NCBI GenBank assembly: GCA_030587475.2
Contig: JAUQYZ020000093.1
Location: 1-26,800 of the forward strand
Direction: 5' to 3'
Origin: Candidatus Sigynarchaeum calidifontis
GTDB lineage: Archaea > Asgardarchaeota > Lokiarchaeia > Sigyniarchaeales > Sigyniarchaeaceae
DNA length: 26,800 bases
Shown here: one piece after another, positions 15,753-24,684 of the stretch
Position numbering within the stretch: position 1 is the stretch's first letter
Layout of the letters: the number at the start of each line of letters is the position of its first letter
Notes under the pieces: model-generated
Seen by the model: the letters and a program-made list of their open reading frames with translations, nothing else
Databases searched by the model: none
What the model was told of the DNA's origin: nothing
Translations under genes and position numbers: made by a program

Positions 15753-16832
15753 ATGATTCGGACGAAAATATGCGACATGCTCGACATCACGTATCCCATC
15801 ATCCAGGCCCCGATGGGTCCTTATGATACAAAAGATCTCGCGGTGGCAGTTGCAAATGCAGGCGGGTTCGGGATGGCAAGTCATCCCGTTCCCGATCCCC
15901 AATTTGGCATTGCGACGATCATCTCCGATGACGAGACGAGGGCGAAGGCATACGAGAATATCAAGCAAAAATTCATGGGGAGCGTGCGCCACGTCGCGGC
16001 GAATGCGAAGGGAAATTTCGGCGTGAACTTCCGGGTGGCGACCGTGCAGTTCGATGTCCCGCTGCTCCTCGACGAGTTGCTGAAGGAATACGACACGAAT
16101 CCCGCCGTCAAGAAAAAATTGCGGGTCGTCATCTGCTCGGCGGGGGATCCCTCGCAGCGATACTTGAGAAAGATCAAGGACGCGGGCCTGCTCCGGTTCC
16201 ACACGGTGCCGAGCGTGTACCATGCCAAGAAAGCTGAGAAATCGGGTGTTGATGCCATCGTGGTCACCGGATACGAGGCCGGCGGGCACGTTGCCCACGA
16301 ACCGTTCCATACTTTTGTTACAGTACCAGAAGTCATCAAATCCGTGAATGTTCCTGTCATTGCAGGCGGGGGTGTCTGCGATGGTCGCGGCCTCGTCGCC
16401 ATGCTCGCGTTCGGCGCGCAAGCGATTTACATGGGAACCCGGTTCATCGTGACGAAGGAATGCGAGTTCAACGACAAGGTGAAAAACCTCATCATGGAGT
16501 CCTCGATCAAGAATCCACGGGAGGATCCCACGATCGTGACGCAAGGCGTTTATGGCCCCCTGCGACACTTGAAAAACAAGTTCGCCTTCGAGCTCGCCGA
16601 GATGACGCAGAAGCTCAAAAGGAAGGAGATTTCCATCGAGGACGTGTACAAGTTCGAATCGGTCGCGACGTATCGGGCCAAGGGTCCCGAGGGGAATCTC
16701 GATGACGGTGCCATCTGGTGCGGGCAAGTGGCTGTCCGGTTGCACGAAAAATTAACGTGCAAGGAGGTCATCGATGGCATCATGGCAGAAGCCACGGAGA
16801 TCATGCAACGCCTTGGCAAGCTCGCTGCATGA
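15753..16832 (+). CDS. Nitronate monooxygenase/FabK-like FMN-dependent oxidoreductase
   Basis: MIRTKICDMLDITYPIIQAPMG, LAVAVANAGGFG, GYEAGGH, PVIAGGGVCDGRG, MGTRF and WCGQVA. Confidence 0.93.
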   Translation: MIRTKICDMLDITYPIIQAPMGPYDTKDLAVAVANAGGFGMASHPVPDPQFGIATIISDDETRAKAYENIKQKFMGSVRHVAANAKGNFGVNFRVATVQFDVPLLLDELLKEYDTNPAVKKKLRVVICSAGDPSQRYLRKIKDAGLLRFHTVPSVYHAKKAEKSGVDAIVVTGYEAGGHVAHEPFHTFVTVPEVIKSVNVPVIAGGGVCDGRGLVAMLAFGAQAIYMGTRFIVTKECEFNDKVKNLIMESSIKNPREDPTIVTQGVYGPLRHLKNKFAFELAEMTQKLKRKEISIEDVYKFESVATYRAKGPEGNLDDGAIWCGQVAVRLHEKLTCKEVIDGIMAEATEIMQRLGKLAA

Positions 16833-16950
16833 GCGCGGCATGTTCGCATCGGCCGTCCATTTTCTTACTATTTTTTTAAATATTCCCTTGCCGTTTCTTG
16901 AAGCAGCACGTGTATCTCCAGAACACATCGACAATGGAAGCGATCTCATC

Positions 16951-18081
16951 ATGACAAGCGTAAAAACATGCGCGGTCATCGGTCCTGGTGGCCAAGGTGG
17001 CAGTTGGGCCAATCGGCTGTACAAGCACAAGGAATGCAAGCTCGTCGCGGTATGCGACATCAACGGGAAGCGCGCGAAGCAAGTAGCGGCTGCAAATGGT
17101 AATTGCAACGTGTATACAGATGTCAACCAGCTTTTCGAGAAAGAACGGCTGGATTTTGTTGTCATCGCCACGCCGCACTATCTCCACGCGCCGTTCACGA
17201 TCCTCGCGGCGGAGCACGACGTGAATGTCTTGTGTGAGAAACCGATGGCCATCAACCTCCAGCAATGCGACGAGATGATCATCGCCGCCCGGAAAAACGC
17301 CATAAAACTTGGCTTCGGGTTCCAGCACCGCTTCGAGCTCGCGCACCAGTACGCTTACGACGCGGCTCGCGGTGCCAAGGGCGACCTCGGTGACCTCGGC
17401 CGCATCACGGACTTCCAGTTGCATGCGAAGCATTACCGTAGCGGGTCCTACTACCTCACGTCGTCCCAGGTCGACCCGAAAACTGGCGTCGCCCCTGGGC
17501 CGTGGCGTGGTCGCTGGCAGACAGAGGGCGCCGGCATCTTGATCAATCAAGCGGTCCACGATCTCGATATCTTTCAATATATCGTCGGCCCGTTCAAGGC
17601 CCTCTCGGCACATGCCGCGACGATCGCGAGGGAGCACGCGCTCATCGAGGTCGAGGACACGGTTGCAGTTTCGTTCACGACCTTGAGCGGTGCCGTCGGC
17701 ACGATGATCTTCAGCTCGTCGAACAAGAATGCACCGGGTAATTTCTACCGGGTGAGCGGCGAGAACGGCTACGTCGAGGTCGCGAACAACATGGTCCGGG
17801 CCGACACGCGATACAAGAACGAGGAGGACTGGGAAGTGCCCTTGCAGCCCCCGCCCCGGCACAACTTGCTCGAGAACTTCATCGATGCGATCGATAAAGA
17901 CGTGGATCCCTTGATCCCGCCAGAAGAGGCGCGCAAGTCGATCGAAATCATACGTGCAATCCTCAAGTCGGTTCAAGAAGAGCGCACTATTTACTTCCCG
18001 GTCAAGGATACCATTGCCTATCCAACCATCCACAATGTATCAAGAGATAATCCGTTGAAACCAGAGGACATGGGCTTTTAG
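16951..18081 (+). CDS. Gfo/Idh/MocA family NAD(P)-dependent oxidoreductase
   Basis: AVIGPGGQG, IATPHYLH, VLCEKPMA, WRGRWQTEGAGILINQAVHDLD and VEDT. Confidence 0.95.
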   Translation: MTSVKTCAVIGPGGQGGSWANRLYKHKECKLVAVCDINGKRAKQVAAANGNCNVYTDVNQLFEKERLDFVVIATPHYLHAPFTILAAEHDVNVLCEKPMAINLQQCDEMIIAARKNAIKLGFGFQHRFELAHQYAYDAARGAKGDLGDLGRITDFQLHAKHYRSGSYYLTSSQVDPKTGVAPGPWRGRWQTEGAGILINQAVHDLDIFQYIVGPFKALSAHAATIAREHALIEVEDTVAVSFTTLSGAVGTMIFSSSNKNAPGNFYRVSGENGYVEVANNMVRADTRYKNEEDWEVPLQPPPRHNLLENFIDAIDKDVDPLIPPEEARKSIEIIRAILKSVQEERTIYFPVKDTIAYPTIHNVSRDNPLKPEDMGF

Positions 18082-18180
18082 AACGATTTGCTCCGTTTTT
18101 TTCTTTTTACTTCATGCTTGCACGTCTTTTTTAGGAACGGTCGTGCTTGTTGCTATCAGAAAGGACCTCGGTAATCCCGG

Positions 18181-18852
18181 ATGAAACAACAGAAAATGCC
18201 CCGGCATGGCATCCATGCCAATCCGGAGCTGCAAGAGATGCTCGATGCCTTGAAACTGCAATCGCAAAAGACAGAGGAACTGGTGCGGCAAGCATGCGAC
18301 GGATCCGAAAAGGCCATCATCCGCGTGCAAGCACTCATAACGGACGTGATCGGGCTCGAGAAAAAAATCGACCGGCTCAAGGAAACCTTCATCCAAAGGC
18401 TCTACACGCAAAAAGGTTTTCTCCCGAGCATTCAAAAAACCGATTACTTGTTTATCACGGAAAACATCGATGAAATAGCTGATGAAATAGAGATCGTGGC
18501 TCGCCAGTTTCAAATCTACGATTATTCATTTCCCGACCAGATGAAAAATGATTTTATCAGCTTGGCAATTGCAGTTAACAATACTATCGCCTCGCTTGTG
18601 GAGCAAGTCGTGTATCTTTTTAAGGATTTCAAGATCGCCGGCTCCACGTGGAACAAGGTTCAAGAGGAAAGACGGATGGCCCGGGAGGTCTCGTGGTCGC
18701 TATTGCGAGAGATCCTGGGGGCGAACGTCGACCACAAGAAATTCCTCATGCTCCGCGCCCTCGTCAAATCGCTCATTGCCGCGGCAGACAAGGCGGAGGA
18801 CTTCTCGGATTCCATCAACGCGCTGGCCGTGAAATATCTTTCGCTCGATTGA
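18181..18852 (+). CDS. DUF47 / PhoU-like phosphate transport regulator
   Basis: All-helical protein with LEKKIDRLK...IDEIADEIE and EERRM...AADKAED repeats, directly upstream of a PiT transporter. Confidence 0.85.
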   Translation: MKQQKMPRHGIHANPELQEMLDALKLQSQKTEELVRQACDGSEKAIIRVQALITDVIGLEKKIDRLKETFIQRLYTQKGFLPSIQKTDYLFITENIDEIADEIEIVARQFQIYDYSFPDQMKNDFISLAIAVNNTIASLVEQVVYLFKDFKIAGSTWNKVQEERRMAREVSWSLLREILGANVDHKKFLMLRALVKSLIAAADKAEDFSDSINALAVKYLSLD

Positions 18853-18870
18853 ATCGAGGGATTCAGGCTC

Positions 18871-19893
18871 GTGAACGTGGAAGTCATCCTCACCATCATC
18901 CTCGGCCTTGCATTCGCTTTTGGCATCGGGGCAAGCGACGAGACGCTGGCGACACTCGTGGGGAGCGGCGGGATGCGACTTCGACAAGCGACGGTCGTCG
19001 GTGCCATCCTCGCGACCATCGGGGCGATCTTCTTGAGTCAAGGGGTCGCCACATCCATCGGGATAGAGATCGTGAACCACGAGAGCTTCGATCTCGCCCG
19101 GTACCAATCATGGATCCTCGTATCCGTGCTTATATCGGTCACCACCTGGCTCATCATGGCATCGAGAACGGGGTTACCTGTTTCGACCACGTATAGCATA
19201 ATCGGGGCTTTTGTTGGCGTGGCCTTATGCGCGCCCTTGCTCGGCACGGAATTCTCGAAGATGCTCAACTGGGAAAAATTGCAAAACATCGTGATTGGTT
19301 GGATCGCGAGCCCGTTACTCGGTCTTGCATTTACATGGATCATGGGTCACTTGATGAAGCGTTTCATCCGGAGGCGGATTCGAGGGCTTGGCGGGATGGA
19401 AAAACTCGAGCGCACGCTTATGATCGCGCTCATCTTTTTTTCGTGCTTCAACCAAATAAACCGGGCCGGCAATGACGCGGGAAAAGCACTCGGCATTTTC
19501 TACAGCCTTGGTGCGGCTGCTCAAATCGATGGCCCGACGATGGTCATGATGATCATCGCAGGCAGTGTCATGGTTGGATCGGGTCTATTAATCATCGGTC
19601 GGCATCTCCTAAGGAACGTGGGGAAAAATCTCATCGAGATCCGGCCATCCGATGCCATTTGCATCGAAACGAGTATGAGCATCGTGCTTCTCCTTGCAAA
19701 CTTGATTGCATTACCCATCAGCGGCGGTCAGGTGCTTGTCTTTGCCATTATCGGTCTTGCCATGGCAAAGCACGAGTCCGTGAACAAAAAAAGGCTCAAG
19801 CGAATCGTATATTCATGGCTCATCACGTTTCCCTTGGCGGCAGCATCTTCGGCAGGGATTCTTGCGCTGTTTTTCAGGGGTGTCACATTGTAA
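18871..19893 (+). CDS. PiT family inorganic phosphate transporter
   Basis: FGIGASDETLATLVGSG, GLPVSTTYSIIGA, WIASP, AGNDAGKA, LPISGGQ and WLITFP. Confidence 0.92.
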   Translation: MNVEVILTIILGLAFAFGIGASDETLATLVGSGGMRLRQATVVGAILATIGAIFLSQGVATSIGIEIVNHESFDLARYQSWILVSVLISVTTWLIMASRTGLPVSTTYSIIGAFVGVALCAPLLGTEFSKMLNWEKLQNIVIGWIASPLLGLAFTWIMGHLMKRFIRRRIRGLGGMEKLERTLMIALIFFSCFNQINRAGNDAGKALGIFYSLGAAAQIDGPTMVMMIIAGSVMVGSGLLIIGRHLLRNVGKNLIEIRPSDAICIETSMSIVLLLANLIALPISGGQVLVFAIIGLAMAKHESVNKKRLKRIVYSWLITFPLAAASSAGILALFFRGVTL

Positions 19894-19969
19894 GCGCGAT
19901 GAATTCCTTTTTTCATTAACAGTTGCATTTTTAGGCATACCCTCGGATAATACATCGAGATGGGATATC

Positions 19970-21544
19970 TTGTCGGAAGAAATCAAGGCCCGAGATTTCC
20001 GTGAATCGGGTTCTATATTTAGAAAAACGCTCTTGAAAGGTATCTTCGGCTTGAGCCGCATGGGCTCTTCATTGTTGCTCGACCTTATTACGATCTTGAT
20101 CTTTTACATCTATTTCGAGTATTACGGGCTTGATGCCATGTTTACGGGTATCGGTACCATGCTCGGTAAATTCGCAATATCGATTAGCGGTTTCCTCATG
20201 GGGTATTTGTCAGACCGTTTTCCCCCGAACAAGCTTGGTCGGCGGAAACCTTTTTTACTCGTGGGTGCCCCGTTGCTCGGCATATCCTTCATCATGCTAT
20301 TCATTCCCTACATGCTTCTCCCCGCAAATCCCTCTAACATCGATCTATTTTGCTGGCTAACAGGATGGATAGTCGTCTTCAATGTTGCGTATGGTACCTT
20401 GATCGTGCCATACCAGAGCATGCTCCCGGAGACCTTCGGTGAACGAGATCGATTCGGGGCTTCTCTTTCAGAAAATGCGTTTAACTTCGGTGGTACCATC
20501 ATCAGTCTCATCCTCTTCGTCGATTTCGAAACGAAATTCAGTGAATGGCGCGCTTTAGACGTGTTGCCAGACGAGACATTCACCGAGACAATTATTATTG
20601 TGGGTCTCATAGTCATCGTGTTTTATGTCCCCGCGTTGATCCTCATACCCATCTCCGCGGAGGATGCCATGGCTGCATGCATAGCGAAAGGAAAAACATC
20701 TCCCGCCATCAAGGCCACCAAATCCCTTTCCCAGGCGATCAAGGGTGATATCTTTCAAGCCATCGTTAATAAGAACTACGTGAAATTCATTTTCTTCATC
20801 GGTATTTCAGAAGTTGGGGTGTTCATGGCAATCAGCGCCCTTGCCGGCTATATTGATAACGTGTTCAACTATACTGGTGATGATTTCTTGGTGGTCGGAC
20901 TTGCGGTTGGCCTGGCCTCGCTCGGATCGACTTGCCTCTGGTGGTGGATGAGCAAAAAAAGGTTCAACATCCACAAGACGCTCGTCGTCGGTTATCTCGT
21001 GCTCGTCGTGACGATGCCCTTCTCGTTGGTCATCGGACTCACGCAAGAAAATGCCGTGTTGCAAAGCGCCATCTTCTTTGGCGGGCTGTTGGCGGGCCTT
21101 GATTGCGATTATTTCTTGCAATACGTGATGCTTGGCAATATCGTGGAGGAAGATGAGCATCGTACTGGCAAGTCGCGTTCCGGCCTATATCACGGGCTGC
21201 TCGATGCTCCGGAGAACTTTTTTCAGGGTTTGGCGATGTTCTTGCTCGGATTCATCTTATCCATCCCTGATGTGAGTGTGGGCGGCAAAAGTTTTTCTGG
21301 CGGCTATTACTGGTGGGGCCCGGTTGCTGCCGTGTTCATCATCCTTGGTTTACTAGTTTTTCGTGGCATAAAGGCAGATCTCGGGGCGATCATCGAGGCG
21401 AACAAGTCAGGCGGCATAGCAACAAGCATCTCGATATTCACGAATCGCCACCCGGATATCAAGGGCGTGCGGGGGGTATTCGCTCGCGTGAAGGATTTTT
21501 TCAGGGATGCCGGCAAGTTCGTTAAATTTTTATTCGAAAAATAA
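19970..21544 (+). CDS. MFS transporter, GPH/MelB-like (MFS_2)
   Basis: GYLSDR...LGRRKPFLLVG, VPYQSMLPE and NIVEEDEHRTGKSRSGLYHG, with about 12 TM. Likely start is TTG 19970. Confidence 0.9.
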   Translation: MSEEIKARDFRESGSIFRKTLLKGIFGLSRMGSSLLLDLITILIFYIYFEYYGLDAMFTGIGTMLGKFAISISGFLMGYLSDRFPPNKLGRRKPFLLVGAPLLGISFIMLFIPYMLLPANPSNIDLFCWLTGWIVVFNVAYGTLIVPYQSMLPETFGERDRFGASLSENAFNFGGTIISLILFVDFETKFSEWRALDVLPDETFTETIIIVGLIVIVFYVPALILIPISAEDAMAACIAKGKTSPAIKATKSLSQAIKGDIFQAIVNKNYVKFIFFIGISEVGVFMAISALAGYIDNVFNYTGDDFLVVGLAVGLASLGSTCLWWWMSKKRFNIHKTLVVGYLVLVVTMPFSLVIGLTQENAVLQSAIFFGGLLAGLDCDYFLQYVMLGNIVEEDEHRTGKSRSGLYHGLLDAPENFFQGLAMFLLGFILSIPDVSVGGKSFSGGYYWWGPVAAVFIILGLLVFRGIKADLGAIIEANKSGGIATSISIFTNRHPDIKGVRGVFARVKDFFRDAGKFVKFLFEK

Positions 21545-21599
21545 TGAAAACAAGAGTAAAGCGCAATCCATTGAACGATATCGAAAAGATCGATGGTAA

Positions 21600-22766
21600 T
21601 CAGAGCTCCTTGATTTCTGGCGGTGCGATATAATCCACGTACTTGTCCTTTATCTTCGCAGATCGAGCGTCCCCGGCATGCGCGATGAGCCGGTAGAAAA
21701 ACGAGATGGAGCTACCTTTTGCCAATATATAATCCCCGTTCAGCTTCCCCTTGGTGAAATGTTTCAATCCAAATGGGTTCGCGGCAAATAAACCATAGTC
21801 CCGAACGTGCCAGTACGTGGGATGGCGGAAGCTCTCGGGGTGCTCGAGCATCGCGAAACCAACGCGGTTTCCTTTCACTATTCCCGAATAGTCAACCCAC
21901 GGGGCCTGTTTTCCCCAGCATCCCTTTTCACCGACCGCTCCATAGAAGTTTTCGATGCGACCGCCCTTGTCGCCATCCATGGATGTCGCCACGCGCACGG
22001 CGAGGAGGCCGCCTTCCTTCGTGTCGCCGAACCTCACGTCGTCGTTGATCGCGGTGAGCGCGATAGAGAAATCGATGGTCTGCAGCCCACGGGGAAGGTT
22101 GAAAAATCGCATCTCCCGGCGTTCCTCCAAGTCGACGTCGCCGAACTTGTTCTTCCACTCGTTTCGGAGCACGATCTGGCCGGCGGCGACGCCGGACCTA
22201 GCAACTGGCACATCTTTTGTGGCCTGGATGCCCGCCATGTCCGTTGCCGACCAGTGATCGACCTCGTTCACGTCGCCATACGCGGTCCAGATCGACGTGT
22301 GGTGCGGGTGGTCGTTCGTCTCGCCGGACACGCCTTTTTTCATCGGGAAGTGGCGGGTGATGGGCTCGCCGAACGGCCCGATGAAGGGGTAGAGATACGG
22401 CCGGAGGCCATCGTTCACGTGCAGTGTCGTGAACGGCTCGCCGTTGATCTTGACCTCGTACTCTTTTTCTCCCTTCTTGCTGATGTCGACGGGGTTCTTC
22501 TTGGTGATCCCGTCCTTCCACGAGGGACCATCTGGATCCACGCCAAGCTCTAGCTCTTGATCAGGATGCATGTATGGGATGACCATCGCGATCTCGGTTT
22601 TGTTCTCCTCGGTCGTCCACGCGTCCACCGGGTACCACGTGTCCTTCTCTTCGTCCTTGAACCAGACGATGCCATCGATCCCGTAGTTTTTATCCAGTAC
22701 CTTGGTCACGGGGCAATTAATTCGCTCGTGTGCCCCGGCCAGGACGACAATGTGCAGCTCTTGCAT
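21600..22766 (-). CDS. DUF6807 ('PmoA family', PF14100-like) protein, not a methane monooxygenase
   Basis: RPYLYP...ITR, DHPHHTSIW, FGDTKEGGLLAVRVA, WVDYSG and WHVRDYGLFAANPFG. Soluble and beta-rich. Confidence 0.85.
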   Translation of the reverse strand: MQELHIVVLAGAHERINCPVTKVLDKNYGIDGIVWFKDEEKDTWYPVDAWTTEENKTEIAMVIPYMHPDQELELGVDPDGPSWKDGITKKNPVDISKKGEKEYEVKINGEPFTTLHVNDGLRPYLYPFIGPFGEPITRHFPMKKGVSGETNDHPHHTSIWTAYGDVNEVDHWSATDMAGIQATKDVPVARSGVAAGQIVLRNEWKNKFGDVDLEERREMRFFNLPRGLQTIDFSIALTAINDDVRFGDTKEGGLLAVRVATSMDGDKGGRIENFYGAVGEKGCWGKQAPWVDYSGIVKGNRVGFAMLEHPESFRHPTYWHVRDYGLFAANPFGLKHFTKGKLNGDYILAKGSSISFFYRLIAHAGDARSAKIKDKYVDYIAPPEIKEL

Positions 22767-22818
22767 GATCGTACCGAAGGCTAATGGGTTAAAAAACGTA
22801 TGTTGAGGAACCAGAGGA

Positions 22819-24390
22819 TCACGGCGGGGGCAGCCGGAAATCGATCACGGGATCGACCAAGCCCGCAGCGGCGAAGCCCTCGGCACGTTCCCTGCACGGC
22901 TTGCAATGGCCGCACGGGCTTGCATCGTCGAAGGCGCAGCTCCACGTCCATTCGAACGGGACGCCGAGGGTTTTTCCAAGCCTGACCACGTCTCCTTTCG
23001 TCTTTCCCTTCAAGGGGAGAAGGAAGGTAGGGGCCACGGCCTTTTCACCGACCTTGAGCTGGGCCACGAGCTTCTCGATAGCATCGAAAAACGGCTGGTT
23101 TGCATCGGGCAGCGGGTCTGACGTGATGTGGCCCGAGATGATGTACCTTGCCCCGTAAATGTCTGCAAAATAGGTCGCGATGGCGTTGAACACCAGGTTG
23201 CGATAGGGCACGTAATAATCGGACGAGCCGAACAAGCTCGGCACCGGATACCCGGCGAGCTTGAGCTCGAGCACCTCCATGATGTACGGGACGGGAACGT
23301 CCACGGCCTTGATGCCAAGTGCCTTGCAGACCTGTTCGACCGCTTTCACCTCGCGGGCCGGGCGATTGTGGTAGTGCATGGAGAGTGGTATCACCTCGTA
23401 GCCCTGGTTGCGCATCCAGTAGAGCGTGGTCACCGAATCGAGCCCGCCCGAGAATAACATGACGGCCCGCTTCTCGGGCATCGGCTCATCTGGCTTCAAG
23501 ATCGCCCGCACAGCCGCGGTAATTGCACCGTTCACGGTGGAAAGCTGCATGTCAAGGTCTTTCATCAAGGTATTCGGATCCCCTCGCGCTTTGCACGCGA
23601 GAAACTGGAATGATTCATCGATGTTTGATGATTCTTGATTGGGGAGAATGCGTTCTATCACTGGCGGGGATATGTTTACGTTCGCATCCCGGATGGCTTG
23701 ATATATTGCCATGACGAGTGTTTCGACGGTCATCGGTTCTGGTCCGACGAGATCGTATGTGTGATCGTGCAAATCCTTTGCTACGGCCGCTTTGATAACC
23801 GCGGTCGCGGCATCGTCGATCGATATTGGTTGGACGAGGCCCCCCTCCATGTAGGGATACCGTACACGTCCCCCGGCGATCGCCTCGAGCACCGCCCGGG
23901 TGAACCAGTCCCCTGGGCCGATGATGAAAGACGGGCGAAGGATCGTGTAATTAATTCCTGATTCCTTCACGAGTGATTCCGCTGCCTCTTTTGACCGTAA
24001 ATATAATCTGGTTGCCGGCGTGCAAGCGCCAGGCACGCCGACACCCAACCCCGAAACGTAGACGATCCTCTTCACAGCTGCATTCCGCATGGCGCTGAGC
24101 ACCCGGCCGAGCAGCTTCACGTTGACCTCGTCGACATGGCTCTCGGAACCGGTTCCTGTTGCTACCAGATGAATGACTGCCGTGGCACCTTGAAACGCGG
24201 CTTCAAGATCGTTCACGAAATACCCGTTGCATATACACGCATCGATGCCAAGTTGCTTGATTTCTTTAGCTGCTTGAAAACTACGGACAATCCCTCTGAC
24301 GGGAATCCCTTGTTTCTTTGCTAATTTGATGATAGCCGTTCCCAGGAAGCCGTTCGCCCCTGTTATTGCGATCAACGTCGTAATAACCAT
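22819..24390 (-). CDS. queC: Fusion of an atypical SDR (NDUFA9-like NAD(P)-binding) domain and a QueC-like 7-cyano-7-deazaguanine synthase domain
   Basis: ATG 24390. N-half: ITGANGFLG, YLRSK, ILRPSFIIG and QPISIDD. C-half from about 23481: AVMLFSGGLDS, YVPYRNLVF, K.DVVRLG..LGVP and TWSC-x7-CGHCKPC. No stop codon between the domains. Confidence 0.9.
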   Translation of the reverse strand: MVITTLIAITGANGFLGTAIIKLAKKQGIPVRGIVRSFQAAKEIKQLGIDACICNGYFVNDLEAAFQGATAVIHLVATGTGSESHVDEVNVKLLGRVLSAMRNAAVKRIVYVSGLGVGVPGACTPATRLYLRSKEAAESLVKESGINYTILRPSFIIGPGDWFTRAVLEAIAGGRVRYPYMEGGLVQPISIDDAATAVIKAAVAKDLHDHTYDLVGPEPMTVETLVMAIYQAIRDANVNISPPVIERILPNQESSNIDESFQFLACKARGDPNTLMKDLDMQLSTVNGAITAAVRAILKPDEPMPEKRAVMLFSGGLDSVTTLYWMRNQGYEVIPLSMHYHNRPAREVKAVEQVCKALGIKAVDVPVPYIMEVLELKLAGYPVPSLFGSSDYYVPYRNLVFNAIATYFADIYGARYIISGHITSDPLPDANQPFFDAIEKLVAQLKVGEKAVAPTFLLPLKGKTKGDVVRLGKTLGVPFEWTWSCAFDDASPCGHCKPCRERAEGFAAAGLVDPVIDFRLPPP

Positions 24391-24684
24391 CCCTTCAAAA
24401 TCGTTGCAAAATCGAGACCATAGTTCGAATGGACAAACATGTCTATAAAAACGCACTGCTATGCTTGTACATCGTGAAGTCGACCCCGCCCTCGCGAAAC
24501 GTAAGACGACAGAAGGCAATTGGTGCCTTTTTGACCAAGCTCGAGCCCGGGGCTTTTGGCTGCCACGTGCACTCTCGGAATCGAGGCTACATGATGACTT
24601 TTTTATAGGCCCGGTGTCATATCAACATCGTTATAGTTTAAGAATTCCCGTCCAGAGTCGGAAAACAAAAAAGATGAGAAAATA

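Noticed and set aside
21600-22766. Methane monooxygenase (PmoA) interpretation
   Set aside because: The family name is a misnomer. This protein is soluble and beta-rich, and there is no pmoB or pmoC.
22819-24390. Qat, CBASS type IV or Dpd defence system
   Set aside because: No KAP ATPase, TatD, CD-NTase, TGT-like or dpd genes flank the QueC domain.
24391-24684. preQ1 riboswitch or structured RNA upstream of SDR-QueC
   Set aside because: No preQ1-I stem-loop plus A-rich tail is visible on the coding strand. There is only a short AAGGCA/TGCCTT hairpin and a CGATTTTG duplicate, both compatible with chance.
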